The position numbers and the translations under genes were made by a program. Positions 29,609-38,613 of a DNA stretch of 64,000 nt are shown piece after piece (the stretch's first letter is position 1; every line of letters starts with the position of its first letter). Source of the stretch: a virus (lineage: Duplodnaviria; Heunggongvirae; Uroviricota; Caudoviricetes); the IMG/VR virus record IMGVR_UViG_3300028534_000514, positions 64,001-128,000 of that record. One strand, written 5' to 3'. The notes beneath the pieces are model-generated. The model did no database searches and was not told the DNA's origin. It worked only from the letters and a program-made list of their open reading frames with translations.

Positions 29609-30757
29609 ATGGCTAGAACACAGATAAGGGGTAATTCCCAAATCATGGATTCGACTATCAATGTCAAAAAATTACAAAATGAATTTCTTGCGGGCACCAC
29701 TTGGGTTGTTTCAACTGCAAATGATGCTACTATTACTGGACTACAAAATCCAGTAAATGCAAATGACGCTACAAATAAAGCTTATGTTGATGCACTCGTT
29801 TCAACTACAGCAAAGGGACCAGATGGGTTTGCACCAGATTCAACCGAACAATATCCTCAAACATATAAAGGGGATGCGATTGTTGAAGGGGATCCTTTTT
29901 ACATTACAGATATCTCTGGTGGTAATGTTGTCGGTACACGAACTGTTAATGTTGGCGATATGCTTATTGCGCTCGTTGATAATCCTGGAGCAACAGCTGA
30001 TAGCGATTGGATAATCGCAGAAAGCAACAGAGACACAGCTACAGAATCTATCGAAGGAGTTATTCGTATAGCGACCCAAGCAGAGGCCGATAATGGCTCA
30101 ATCGATAATGCAGCAATTACACCACTTAAACTAGCTGGTTATATTACAGACAACGATCTTGATATTCAAGCAGGTAATGGTTTAACTCAAAATGGTAAAA
30201 ACTTTGATGTAAGAAATAGTGATGGTTCTATCACAGTAGGAACAGACGACATCGGTGTTAGAATCGGGAATAATAATGGAGATTCACTCGAAATTACTAC
30301 CTCGGGTGTTGAGTTAGCAGCCACCATCTCTGGCGATAGAACATTTTCAAATAATATTACTGTAAGCGGATCTGCTATTGTATCAGGTAGTGCCTCTATT
30401 AATGGCGGGTTAGTAGCCGCTGGTTCTGTAACTCTTGGTACAAATCCAAATGATGCTCAACTAAATGCTGATCCAGACGGAAATGTTGACTTAGCGATCG
30501 CTACTGTTAAATATGTTAAGGATGAAATTGGTGTATTGAATGGCACCCCGATATATAATGAGTTACCTACGGTTACCGATGGAAGTACCGATGTAGTTCT
30601 TGATAATACACCTCGCGCAGATACTCAACGAGTTTATCTTAATGGGGTAAGACAGGTTCCGGGTGCAAGTAATGATTATACAATAAGCGGGGATACTATC
30701 ACATTCACAGATGCTTTAGCCGCTGATGATATTGTAGTTGTTGATTATATTTACTAA
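29609..30757 (+). CDS. Head or tail fibre protein
   Basis: DATNKAYVD fibre motif, GVIRIATQAEA, AGNGLT; C-terminal VYLNGVRQ..DYTISG. Confidence 0.75.
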   Translation: MARTQIRGNSQIMDSTINVKKLQNEFLAGTTWVVSTANDATITGLQNPVNANDATNKAYVDALVSTTAKGPDGFAPDSTEQYPQTYKGDAIVEGDPFYITDISGGNVVGTRTVNVGDMLIALVDNPGATADSDWIIAESNRDTATESIEGVIRIATQAEADNGSIDNAAITPLKLAGYITDNDLDIQAGNGLTQNGKNFDVRNSDGSITVGTDDIGVRIGNNNGDSLEITTSGVELAATISGDRTFSNNITVSGSAIVSGSASINGGLVAAGSVTLGTNPNDAQLNADPDGNVDLAIATVKYVKDEIGVLNGTPIYNELPTVTDGSTDVVLDNTPRADTQRVYLNGVRQVPGASNDYTISGDTITFTDALAADDIVVVDYIY

Positions 30758-30774
30758 AAAATGAAAGATTAAAC

Positions 30775-31290
30775 ATGGCGGATAAATTAGTAGCCGGATG
30801 GTTTAAAAGACCAACCAGCTACGGCTTAATAAAAAATGGAAAATTTAGAACAGGAGTACAAGATTGGGAAATAAGGGATTCTGATTATTTAACTTGGGTA
30901 AATAAAAGACTCGCTTCAAATCATTATGTTGCCGCATATCTTACCGTTGATTTTATACCCGCAGGTACAGAAGTTGTCGTAGAATGGGTGGTAGATACTC
31001 TCGGCGATTCTGCAGGCTATAGCGATCTATATGAAATTGATTCAAGTAATAGTTCAAATAACTGGCAAAAGTATTATTTTAGTGACGGCCTTGAAATTTC
31101 AACTGGAGTTTATCAGATGAGTAGAAATATGACTCTTCAGAAAGACACTTATAAATTTAATTTAATTTTAATCATGATAAGGCCGCTGAAGTTCTTTGGG
31201 TTAAAGCGTCTATCATACCATAATTTTAATTTTCCTTGGGATATACCCAAGGAAAATTTCCTGTGTCTTAAATATATCAACAAAGAATAA
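30775..31290 (+). CDS. Carbohydrate-binding-module-like protein, possibly frameshifted near 31160 (alternative stop 31221-31223)
   Basis: LIKNGKF...DW CBM-like start; the annotated tail runs through a terminator hairpin. Confidence 0.5.
   Translation: MADKLVAGWFKRPTSYGLIKNGKFRTGVQDWEIRDSDYLTWVNKRLASNHYVAAYLTVDFIPAGTEVVVEWVVDTLGDSAGYSDLYEIDSSNSSNNWQKYYFSDGLEISTGVYQMSRNMTLQKDTYKFNLILIMIRPLKFFGLKRLSYHNFNFPWDIPKENFLCLKYINKE
31228..31265 (+). terminator. Hairpin terminator with TCCTGTG tail
   Basis: AATTTTCCTTGGG-ATATA-CCCAAGGAAAATT-TCCTGTG. Confidence 0.8.
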
Positions 31291-31296
31291 ACTAAA

Positions 31297-31338
31297 AAAG
31301 CTTTGCTCAAAAGTAGCAATTGCTCAAAAAGAGCAAAT
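31297..31338. repeat. GAGCAATTGCTC array, site D
   Basis: AAAGCTTTGCTC-AAAAG-TAGCAATTGCTC-AAAAA-GAGCAAAT, 17-bp period. Confidence 0.9.
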
Positions 31339-31358
31339 CAAATATTAAGGAGTGTATA

Positions 31359-32753
31359 ATGGCACGTACCAGAATTAAAGCTAAAGATATTCTCGATCGG
31401 ACGTTAACCGGAGCCAGTTTCGATGAATCTCTTAGTTTTTATGATGAAACCAAAGATTATTCTATTGGAGATAGAACACAATGGCATGGTGTTTGGTGGG
31501 AGGCAATTAATAATATTACTGGAACATCAGAAGGTGATTTATCTAATGCTCCGGATATATCTAGTGATTGGAAAATGGTAAAAAATTTACTATGGTCCGC
31601 CTACCCATCAGCAGCTCAGACCTTTAATGATGTTGCCGTAACTTTAGAGTTTGATAGTGAGAGAGAATCGAATCCTGGAATTACACTAAATACTGGTGAA
31701 ATAACTTTTAATTCCGGAGGGGATTTTTTAATTGCTTTAGAATATACAGCAGTTAATACAAGCACAACCAGAATGACCTCAAAAGCTTATTTTGAATTTT
31801 CAACTGATGGGACCAATTGGGAGGTGTTAAATAATACCGAAGCTTGGTCATATAATAGAGAATCAAATCAAGGAAGAAACACCGCTTCAATTTCTTTACC
31901 AATTACAGTAAACTCCGGAGATATGATTCGGGTTAAAATGCAAAGTAACGGCTCTACCAATATTACAAATGTTATTGAGGGGTGTAATATCTCAATATAT
32001 GCTCAGACTGGAAGTCAGGGAATACCAGGCGAACAAGGACCTCAAGGATTAACAGGAGCTCCTGGAGATATAATTTGGACAGGACCGTGGGATTCAACTA
32101 GAACCTATAATGAAAATGAAGCTGTCGAATATCTAGGATCTTCGTATGTTTCAACGTCTAACTCAAATACAGAGACTCCTTCAGACACAGCGTCAAATTG
32201 GGATTTAGTCGCTTCTAAAGGTAATGATGGTTCAGGTACTACTATTAATATAGCAGATGAAGGCTCGACTATACCTAATACCCCACACGGAACTCTAAAT
32301 TTTAAAGGAGAATATGTTGAGGCGACTGATGCCGGAAGTGGAACAGCTGATATTACGATCTTGCCGACAAAACAATCATATTCCATTGCTATTTGGGCTG
32401 AAGAAAATGCTTCATTAGGAAATGATACTTTTGAATGGGCTTTTGGTAACGGGGCTAACACCTCAGCAAATAATGGTATTTCGATTTTTGTACCGTCTGG
32501 ATATTCATGCGAAGTAGTCGGGATGTCTTTAAATCTAAATGCAGGTCAGGCTGAGGTTGAATTATATATAAATGGAGCATCCGTTTCTAGATCAGTAAGT
32601 GGTGATGTAAATGCTGGAAATAAATCACCAGCAGTGGATGTAAATTCTCTACCTTTAAATAATGGGGATAGACTAAATTTTAAAACTGTCACTGCTTCAA
32701 ATACCTCAGCGCCAAATACAGTGTGCGCTTGGTTAAAATATACGGAATTATAA
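31359..32753 (+). CDS. Fibre protein with C1q/BclA-like, short collagen and CBM5/12-like segments
   Basis: GIPGEQGPQGLTGAPG; WTGPWDSTRTYNENEAVEYLGSSY; ATG at 31359 after AAGGAG. Confidence 0.75.
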   Translation: MARTRIKAKDILDRTLTGASFDESLSFYDETKDYSIGDRTQWHGVWWEAINNITGTSEGDLSNAPDISSDWKMVKNLLWSAYPSAAQTFNDVAVTLEFDSERESNPGITLNTGEITFNSGGDFLIALEYTAVNTSTTRMTSKAYFEFSTDGTNWEVLNNTEAWSYNRESNQGRNTASISLPITVNSGDMIRVKMQSNGSTNITNVIEGCNISIYAQTGSQGIPGEQGPQGLTGAPGDIIWTGPWDSTRTYNENEAVEYLGSSYVSTSNSNTETPSDTASNWDLVASKGNDGSGTTINIADEGSTIPNTPHGTLNFKGEYVEATDAGSGTADITILPTKQSYSIAIWAEENASLGNDTFEWAFGNGANTSANNGISIFVPSGYSCEVVGMSLNLNAGQAEVELYINGASVSRSVSGDVNAGNKSPAVDVNSLPLNNGDRLNFKTVTASNTSAPNTVCAWLKYTEL

Positions 32754-32763
32754 AGGAAAATAA

Positions 32764-33810
32764 ATGGCAACAAACGATTTTGTAACATATAATTTAAATC
32801 TCCCAGATAAAACAGGAGATTGTTGGGATATATTTCTAAATAGTCTTAAAATAAATTTTAGTAATTTTGTACAATATAAAGAAGGAATTTTATATTTTCT
32901 ACCTGGTGATACGCAAGAAGATATTCAATCGTGGATTGATTCCTTTGAATGCAACATAGCAGAAGATGAAATATATAATAGTGTTCAAAATATTGATATA
33001 AACACTGTTGTAAGAACGGTTGATCCGACTATATATGAAAATCTATCAAAAGACATTATTTGGGTCAATAAAAGAACAGGGGAAATATTTACGTGTATCG
33101 ATGATACTATCGATGCAAATATATGGAGAGGAACCTCTCCTGGTAAATTGATTCGACCAATTCCTCCAGCTGATAAACTCGATTTCTATGATGATGGTTC
33201 ATGTGTTGGATTTTATAAACTTTGTGATAATGCTCGTGATAGTACAGGAAAATATCATGGAAAAGATTATTTAATAAATTATGTACAAGCATACGATGGA
33301 TTAGTTGCGGATAGCGTAAAATATAACGGTACGATTAAAATTAACTTGCCTTTTAGTAATACCACAGATATTGTTGTTGTCGCTGGGTGGATTAAATGGA
33401 AGGGTCAAAATGCAACAATGCCTTTCGGTTGGGCTTCTTATGATCTCTATTGTTATGGTGGTAATCTAGGATTTAATACCGCCAGAGGAGATCTCTATGG
33501 AATAGATTTTAGAGATTATAAAAATAAATGGATTTATGTTGTAGTCGAATTTAAAAAAGGTGAAGTAGGTAATTTATTTATTAATGGTATAAAACAATCT
33601 TTATCACAAAGATTAGGTAGTTTTAATTCCGGATCAGCACTAATAGATGATACTTTTTCAATATTCGGTTGGAAAAGTGGAAGAAGCTATCGTAAATTTG
33701 GTGAAGTTGGACGTGTACGTATTTTTAATAGAGCTTTATCTGATTTAGAAGTAGAAGAAATAACAGAAGCAGAATTTCAATTAGTTCGAAGTTTAGGAGG
33801 AAAAGTATGA
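32764..33810 (+). CDS. LamG/concanavalin-A-like lectin-domain fibre protein
   Basis: VVAGWIKW, WIYVVVEF, LFINGIK, GEVGRVRIFNRALS. Confidence 0.8.
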   Translation: MATNDFVTYNLNLPDKTGDCWDIFLNSLKINFSNFVQYKEGILYFLPGDTQEDIQSWIDSFECNIAEDEIYNSVQNIDINTVVRTVDPTIYENLSKDIIWVNKRTGEIFTCIDDTIDANIWRGTSPGKLIRPIPPADKLDFYDDGSCVGFYKLCDNARDSTGKYHGKDYLINYVQAYDGLVADSVKYNGTIKINLPFSNTTDIVVVAGWIKWKGQNATMPFGWASYDLYCYGGNLGFNTARGDLYGIDFRDYKNKWIYVVVEFKKGEVGNLFINGIKQSLSQRLGSFNSGSALIDDTFSIFGWKSGRSYRKFGEVGRVRIFNRALSDLEVEEITEAEFQLVRSLGGKV

Positions 33811-34340
33811 TTCTTTTAGAAGAAAATGATAACTTAATTTTATTAGATGATGTTTCCGACGAAGAAGCTTTTATTGAAATCAATTCAAAAGCAATTCGTG
33901 TAGATAATTTACCTTATTCGATTTCAGGTATTTATAAATGGAATCCTGATTATCCTGGTGATCCTGATTATATCGAGACAGATATTGATGCAGATATTGC
34001 AGAATTAAAAAAACAAAAGCTTGAAGAAGTTTATGATAAATTTAATGACTTAATGGAAAATGGTACATTTACCTCTAGTTTAGGTTTCGAAGTCGATAAC
34101 AGAAGAGGAAATGGAAAAGATGATAAAGATAATGTTAATTCATTAATAGATCTTGGCCAAGAACCAATCTATTTTCGGGACTCACCTGGAGATTTTCATT
34201 CTCTTGATTTAGCGGATTTGCAAACTTTAAAACAGGAAATGATTCAAGATGGTCTTAGTAAATATCAGTGGAAATGGGAGAAAGAAACAGAAATAATGTC
34301 TTGTACTACACTTGACGAACTTCTAAATATTATTATATAA
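33807..34340 (+). CDS. Tail-fibre assembly-like protein (DUF4376-like)
   Basis: LAELKKQKLEEV...YQWKWEKETEIMSCTTLDEL. Confidence 0.65.
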   Translation: MILLEENDNLILLDDVSDEEAFIEINSKAIRVDNLPYSISGIYKWNPDYPGDPDYIETDIDADIAELKKQKLEEVYDKFNDLMENGTFTSSLGFEVDNRRGNGKDDKDNVNSLIDLGQEPIYFRDSPGDFHSLDLADLQTLKQEMIQDGLSKYQWKWEKETEIMSCTTLDELLNIII

Positions 34341-34349
34341 GGGAAAAGA

Positions 34350-34973
34350 ATGAATTTAACGCAAGAAGAAATAGACTTCGTAAATAACAATTTAAATGAT
34401 ATGTCATTTTTAAAAATGGCTGAAATACTAAATGAAAATAGACCTGAGATTGAACACTTACTAAAAAATGATATAATTGAATTTTTTATATATACATTTA
34501 ATAGGGATATATACTATGAAAAATTTGGAAAACCGTGGGTAGATAATAAAATTCTTTCCCTTAATCAAGAAGACTCCATTTTTTATGAGATAAAAGATGG
34601 GGTTAAAATTGAGAAATCTATTGATGATATAAAGATTTCTTTAAAACAGCAATTGAAAAATAGATTTTTAGCTGTAAAAAATTCGCTAGTGGCAACCACA
34701 TCCAGTGGTATTCGAATTGGTTCGACTACTGAAGATTTAATTCTTTTTACTACTGGTGAAAAGATTAATGCTCCATATATTAAAGATGCTGATAATAAAT
34801 TACATGAGGCAACCCCCGAATTATATGATGAGATTATTTCCGCAATCGAATTGAGAGGATTAGAAATTCTAGAAATAAAATGGAGCCAAGAAAATATTAT
34901 TGATTCATTATCAACATTTGATGAATTAATTGAATACTATAGAAATATCGATAATATTCCATGGAATAATTAA
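34350..34973 (+). CDS. Tail-fibre assembly-like protein, paralogous C-terminus
   Basis: IKDADNKLH...KWSQENIIDSLSTFDEL. Confidence 0.55.
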   Translation: MNLTQEEIDFVNNNLNDMSFLKMAEILNENRPEIEHLLKNDIIEFFIYTFNRDIYYEKFGKPWVDNKILSLNQEDSIFYEIKDGVKIEKSIDDIKISLKQQLKNRFLAVKNSLVATTSSGIRIGSTTEDLILFTTGEKINAPYIKDADNKLHEATPELYDEIISAIELRGLEILEIKWSQENIIDSLSTFDELIEYYRNIDNIPWNN

Positions 34974-34985
34974 AAAGGAAATATA

Positions 34986-36458
34986 ATGAAAGTTATTACA
35001 AAACAACACTGGGCAGAATTATTCCCCCCTGGAAGATCTGGCGGTCCAGCTCAAGTAACCGATATATGGCAGGTTATTTATGAGCTTGATGAATTAGGTT
35101 ATTTTCAACGTGATGATCAAGTTGGAAATTTACGATCAGATGGGTCCATAGAAATGGATCCCGGATATCTACCAACTTCTGCCCAAAAAATATCTACAAA
35201 AAAATATGTAGATGATGCAATTTCATTAATCCCTCTTGGTCAACTAGTAAAAGATGGAGATGGTTATAAAATTAACGATTATACGTTTGAAAATCCAACA
35301 GGGGAAAACTCTTTAAATCTTGGCCCAATTGAAATTAAAAGTGATGGAAGTCATGGGTGGCAAGGTGAAGGAGCGACCGGCAAAGGTTCAGTTGCTTTTT
35401 CTGGTTGGGTAAGCCCCGGTTATTATACCACATCAAGTGGTTGGGTAGGAACTACAGCCTCAGGCAGGTGCTCTTTAGCCTTAGGAGGTACTAATGGTTA
35501 TTACAGTTCTGGTCCAACAACAGCAAGTGGAGATAATTCTGTTTCTATAGGTTATGGAACGGTTGCCTCTGGTAATAATTCTCAGGCTTTTGGTTATATG
35601 TCAGAAGCCTCCGGCTCTCATAGTCATGCTGAAGGTGATTTTACTAGAGCTCCAGGTCGCGGTGCCCACTCCGAAGGTTTAAATACTTATGCCTTTGGGG
35701 ACGGTGCTCATGCGGAGGGTAGAAGTTGCCGTGCTTTTGGTGAAAAAGCACACGCCGAGGGAGGTTATACCTTCTGTGCAACAACTATCAACTATACATT
35801 AACAGATGTTGATTATAGTAATAATACTATAACATTAGATAGAAATCCTGACACTTGGATGAAAGCAGGTGAATATATATTCTGTCAAGTGGGAGAAGGT
35901 ATTATACAATCTACGGTTATTGCTGAAGACGCCGATCCGGATTCGCCTGTCATAAAAGTTGTTTATAATCTTAGCGCGATGGCTCCTGGTGTACCTGTAT
36001 ATCATGGACAGACAGCTGTTGGTGGAAGTGGCGTTGGTGGTTCGCATTCCGAAGGATTATCAACAGCTGCGTTTAACAATGCTGCACACGCTGAAGGAAA
36101 ATATGCTTTATGTACGGGACTTGCGTCGCATGCTGAAGGTTTATCAACTATTATGCATAATGACGCTGGACATGCAGCTGGCAAATATAATGTAGGGACT
36201 GATAAGAATACGATACACGAAACAGGTATTGGTATTGATGGAGATAATCGAAAAAATGCTTTTGAAATTTATCTCGATGGTACTCTAACCGCTCCGGAGG
36301 CAACCCCTGATCTTGTGGAAGCTCGCGGAAAGCAGACATTGGTTCCTTTAAGTTATTTATTTAGCTCAGAATTCGGGAATGCATTACCAACTACTGATCC
36401 AGCGATAGCTGGGCAATTATGGAATGATTCCGGTGTAATGAAAATATCTCAAGGTTAA
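34986..36458 (+). CDS. YadA-like repeat tail fibre
   Basis: SHAEG repeats; GKYNVG...HETGIG...KNAFEIYLDG..AP neck; LPTTDPAIAGQLWND end. Confidence 0.8.
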   Translation: MKVITKQHWAELFPPGRSGGPAQVTDIWQVIYELDELGYFQRDDQVGNLRSDGSIEMDPGYLPTSAQKISTKKYVDDAISLIPLGQLVKDGDGYKINDYTFENPTGENSLNLGPIEIKSDGSHGWQGEGATGKGSVAFSGWVSPGYYTTSSGWVGTTASGRCSLALGGTNGYYSSGPTTASGDNSVSIGYGTVASGNNSQAFGYMSEASGSHSHAEGDFTRAPGRGAHSEGLNTYAFGDGAHAEGRSCRAFGEKAHAEGGYTFCATTINYTLTDVDYSNNTITLDRNPDTWMKAGEYIFCQVGEGIIQSTVIAEDADPDSPVIKVVYNLSAMAPGVPVYHGQTAVGGSGVGGSHSEGLSTAAFNNAAHAEGKYALCTGLASHAEGLSTIMHNDAGHAAGKYNVGTDKNTIHETGIGIDGDNRKNAFEIYLDGTLTAPEATPDLVEARGKQTLVPLSYLFSSEFGNALPTTDPAIAGQLWNDSGVMKISQG

Positions 36459-36463
36459 TAGAT

Positions 36464-37189
36464 ATGCCAGCAAAACTTGAAAGATGTGTTAAGCACGTGC
36501 TTGACCAAGGAAAAGATAAAAATTCGGCTTATGCAATATGCTCAAAATCTACAGGATGGGTAAAATCAGGTGCCCATAGTTGGAGAAAGAAAGCAAAAAC
36601 CAAATCAAAGAAATTAGAAGAGGTTTGCTCAAAAGGAGCAATTGCTCAAATAGAGCAATTGCTCGAGGAAACTGATTTTTTATCTAGATATAGGAATGGT
36701 GTTTATTCTAGTGTAAAGCTCGATCCAACAGCTTTAAAAAAACTTCAAAAATATTTTGAAACAGTTGGTATCAAAATGATGCCATTAAATAAAATTCATA
36801 TTACCGTAATCTATAGTCGCACCCGGCCAAATAAAGAACCAAACGCATTTGAAATTAATGGAAGTGTAACCCCAGTATCTTTTGGTATTTTTGGAAAGGG
36901 AACTAAAGATCAACCATATGCGTTGGTCCTGCAGGTGGATAGCCCGCAGTTAACTACCGCCCATATGAAAATGCGAAAGGAATATGGTTTAAAGCCGACA
37001 TATCCGGAATATAAACCACATATATCATTAACCTATGATATTCATCGAATTTTACCAGGAATTTCTAAACTTTCACAAAAACAAAAGGATACTATTATTA
37101 ATGTATTTAATAAGATGATTCCTGAATTGCCTAAAAACATTAGAATATTGAACCATACAGTTGAACCAATTAATTTAAATTGGAAGTAG
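36464..37189 (+). CDS. acb1: Acb1-like (T4 gp57B) 2H phosphoesterase, candidate anti-CBASS, with an N-terminal MPAKLERCV extension
   Basis: GVYSSVKL...KIHITVIYSR and YKPHISLTY 2H motifs in the Acb1 arrangement. Confidence 0.7.
   Translation: MPAKLERCVKHVLDQGKDKNSAYAICSKSTGWVKSGAHSWRKKAKTKSKKLEEVCSKGAIAQIEQLLEETDFLSRYRNGVYSSVKLDPTALKKLQKYFETVGIKMMPLNKIHITVIYSRTRPNKEPNAFEINGSVTPVSFGIFGKGTKDQPYALVLQVDSPQLTTAHMKMRKEYGLKPTYPEYKPHISLTYDIHRILPGISKLSQKQKDTIINVFNKMIPELPKNIRILNHTVEPINLNWK
36619..36669. repeat. GAGCAATTGCTC array, site E (inside the acb1-like CDS)
   Basis: GGTTTGCTC-AAAAG-GAGCAATTGCTC-AAATA-GAGCAATTGCTC-GAGGA. Confidence 0.9.
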
Positions 37190-37197
37190 GAAATAAA

Positions 37198-38163
37198 ATG
37201 ATATTTAAAATTTCAAAATGTACTTCCAGGATGGGAGACGGTCAAAAAGATAATGGATGGGCTTATAAAAAATGTATAGAAAAATATAAACCAATTGAGC
37301 CAATAGAAAAGGTAATACATGGGGCAAATCCAAATAAAGGATTACCCGAAATAAAACAAGATCTAATAAAAGGAAATAAAATGAACTTTAAACAGCGTTT
37401 AGTTGAAGAGGCATTTGAAGATTTTGGACAGAAATTGAAGTCCGGAATAGGAAGTGTTTATGCAAAAACGAAAGAATTCGCTGGAAATAATCCAGGGGTT
37501 GCCGCTGGTATAAGCGGTGCTGCCGCAGGAGCCCTCTATAATTATTTAAATGGTGGAGCCGAAGACTTACAACAGGAAAGAGTACAAGAACTTAATAATT
37601 ATATCGAAAAAGATTCGAATTCCGATTTATTTAACGCGAAGCATCTTTCAAAAGACGATTTTACAGATTTACGGGATAATTTTATACACTCAGCAGATTA
37701 TGACTCCTCTATTGGACCAATCCCAACACCTGTAAGTTGGATGTCTGGACAAACAGAAGATTTATATCCATTTACATCAAGAGGAGGACATCAAGAAAAT
37801 ATCCAGGAATGGATAAAAAAACATCCAGATATTAATATTGAAACTATTAAACAACCAGGCTTTGTTAGAAATGAGATGACTGTTGATGATTTTAAAATTA
37901 AACCTTATGGAAATAGCGATGACCAATATGCCGCTTACAGTGAAGAAAAGCTTAATAACATTAAAAATATGTCTCAGCCAGAAAAAGCAGCAGAGATAGA
38001 AAAAATTCCAGAACTTAAAACGAAAGTCGATGAGATGCGGAATGATATTGGTAATTCCACTAGAGATTCTTATTTACATTCTACTCTGGGCGGAGCAGCT
38101 CTTGGAGCAGGTGGAGTATTTGCTAAACGAAAATTAGATGAAAGAAAAGCTCAAGGGTATTAA
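37198..38163 (+). CDS. Hypothetical probable internal-virion protein; second strong in-frame start at 37381
   Basis: RBS before both 37198 and 37381; two Gly/Ala-rich hydrophobic segments. Confidence 0.6.
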   Translation: MIFKISKCTSRMGDGQKDNGWAYKKCIEKYKPIEPIEKVIHGANPNKGLPEIKQDLIKGNKMNFKQRLVEEAFEDFGQKLKSGIGSVYAKTKEFAGNNPGVAAGISGAAAGALYNYLNGGAEDLQQERVQELNNYIEKDSNSDLFNAKHLSKDDFTDLRDNFIHSADYDSSIGPIPTPVSWMSGQTEDLYPFTSRGGHQENIQEWIKKHPDINIETIKQPGFVRNEMTVDDFKIKPYGNSDDQYAAYSEEKLNNIKNMSQPEKAAEIEKIPELKTKVDEMRNDIGNSTRDSYLHSTLGGAALGAGGVFAKRKLDERKAQGY

Positions 38164-38208
38164 ACGGACTACTTTGGGTTTAATAAACATAAATGCAAAT
38201 AAAATTTT

Positions 38209-38240
38209 AATATATCCCCACGTGGGGATATATTCCTGTC
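38209..38240. terminator. Perfect-palindrome terminator with CCTGTC tail, between convergent units
   Basis: AATATATCCCCACGTGGGGATATATT-CCTGTC. Confidence 0.8.
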
Positions 38241-38257
38241 TTTAAAATTAAAGAGAT

Positions 38258-38534
38258 AAATAGGAACGCTGATCACTTCTCTCTCGGATCAGTAGAGCGG
38301 CTAATCATCTTAACTAGCTGTCACCCGATCTATCTCGGGGGTCATAGGGAATCGAACCCATGGTTGCACGAGCCATTCCTCGTGGTTCACGATATACACC
38401 AGTATATCCCGTCGGCCTTGCGACCCGGTTTGCCTTAACTCGGTTTCCTCGGTGCGGTACTCTCCCTGCTGTCCTGGGGAATCGAACCCCTTCGGTCTGG
38501 CGACCGGCATCTACCAGATGCACATTTCCTATTT
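38258..38534 (-). ncRNA. ~275-nt GC-rich structured RNA with two T-arm (GGGUUCGAUUCCC) modules
   Basis: 9-bp end-to-end stem AAAUAGGAA/UUCCUAUUU; T-arms at 38476-90 and 38347-59; promoter upstream, terminator downstream. Confidence 0.8.
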
Positions 38535-38539
38535 CATTA

Positions 38540-38574
38540 TTAATATATTTATAGTTTTAATTGCTATTCTAAAG
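38540..38574 (-). promoter_or_regulatory. Putative early promoter
   Basis: CTTTAGAATAGCAATTAAAACTATAAATATATTAA. Confidence 0.75.
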
Positions 38575-38583
38575 CAAAGAATT

Positions 38584-38595
38584 AACAAAGAATTA
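38584..38595 (+). promoter_or_regulatory. Putative late promoter of the terminase gene
   Basis: AACAaagaatTA. Confidence 0.55.
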
Positions 38596-38613
38596 ACAAT
38601 AAAGGACTAATAA

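Noticed and set aside
38330-38530. Two tRNA genes at the T-arm motifs
   Set aside because: No 7-bp acceptor stem, no 7-nt anticodon loop and no CCA end; treated as a tRNA-like ncRNA instead
38258-38534. RNase P RNA or tmRNA
   Set aside because: GAGGAAAC only loosely resembles GAGGAAAGUCC, and no CR-V or P4 partner, tag reading frame or terminal T-arm-CCA was found; an Rfam search is needed to exclude these fully
38310-38554. Short ORFs 38310-38510, 38314-38523 and 38360-38554
   Set aside because: No RBS, atypical composition, and explained by the GC-rich structured RNA
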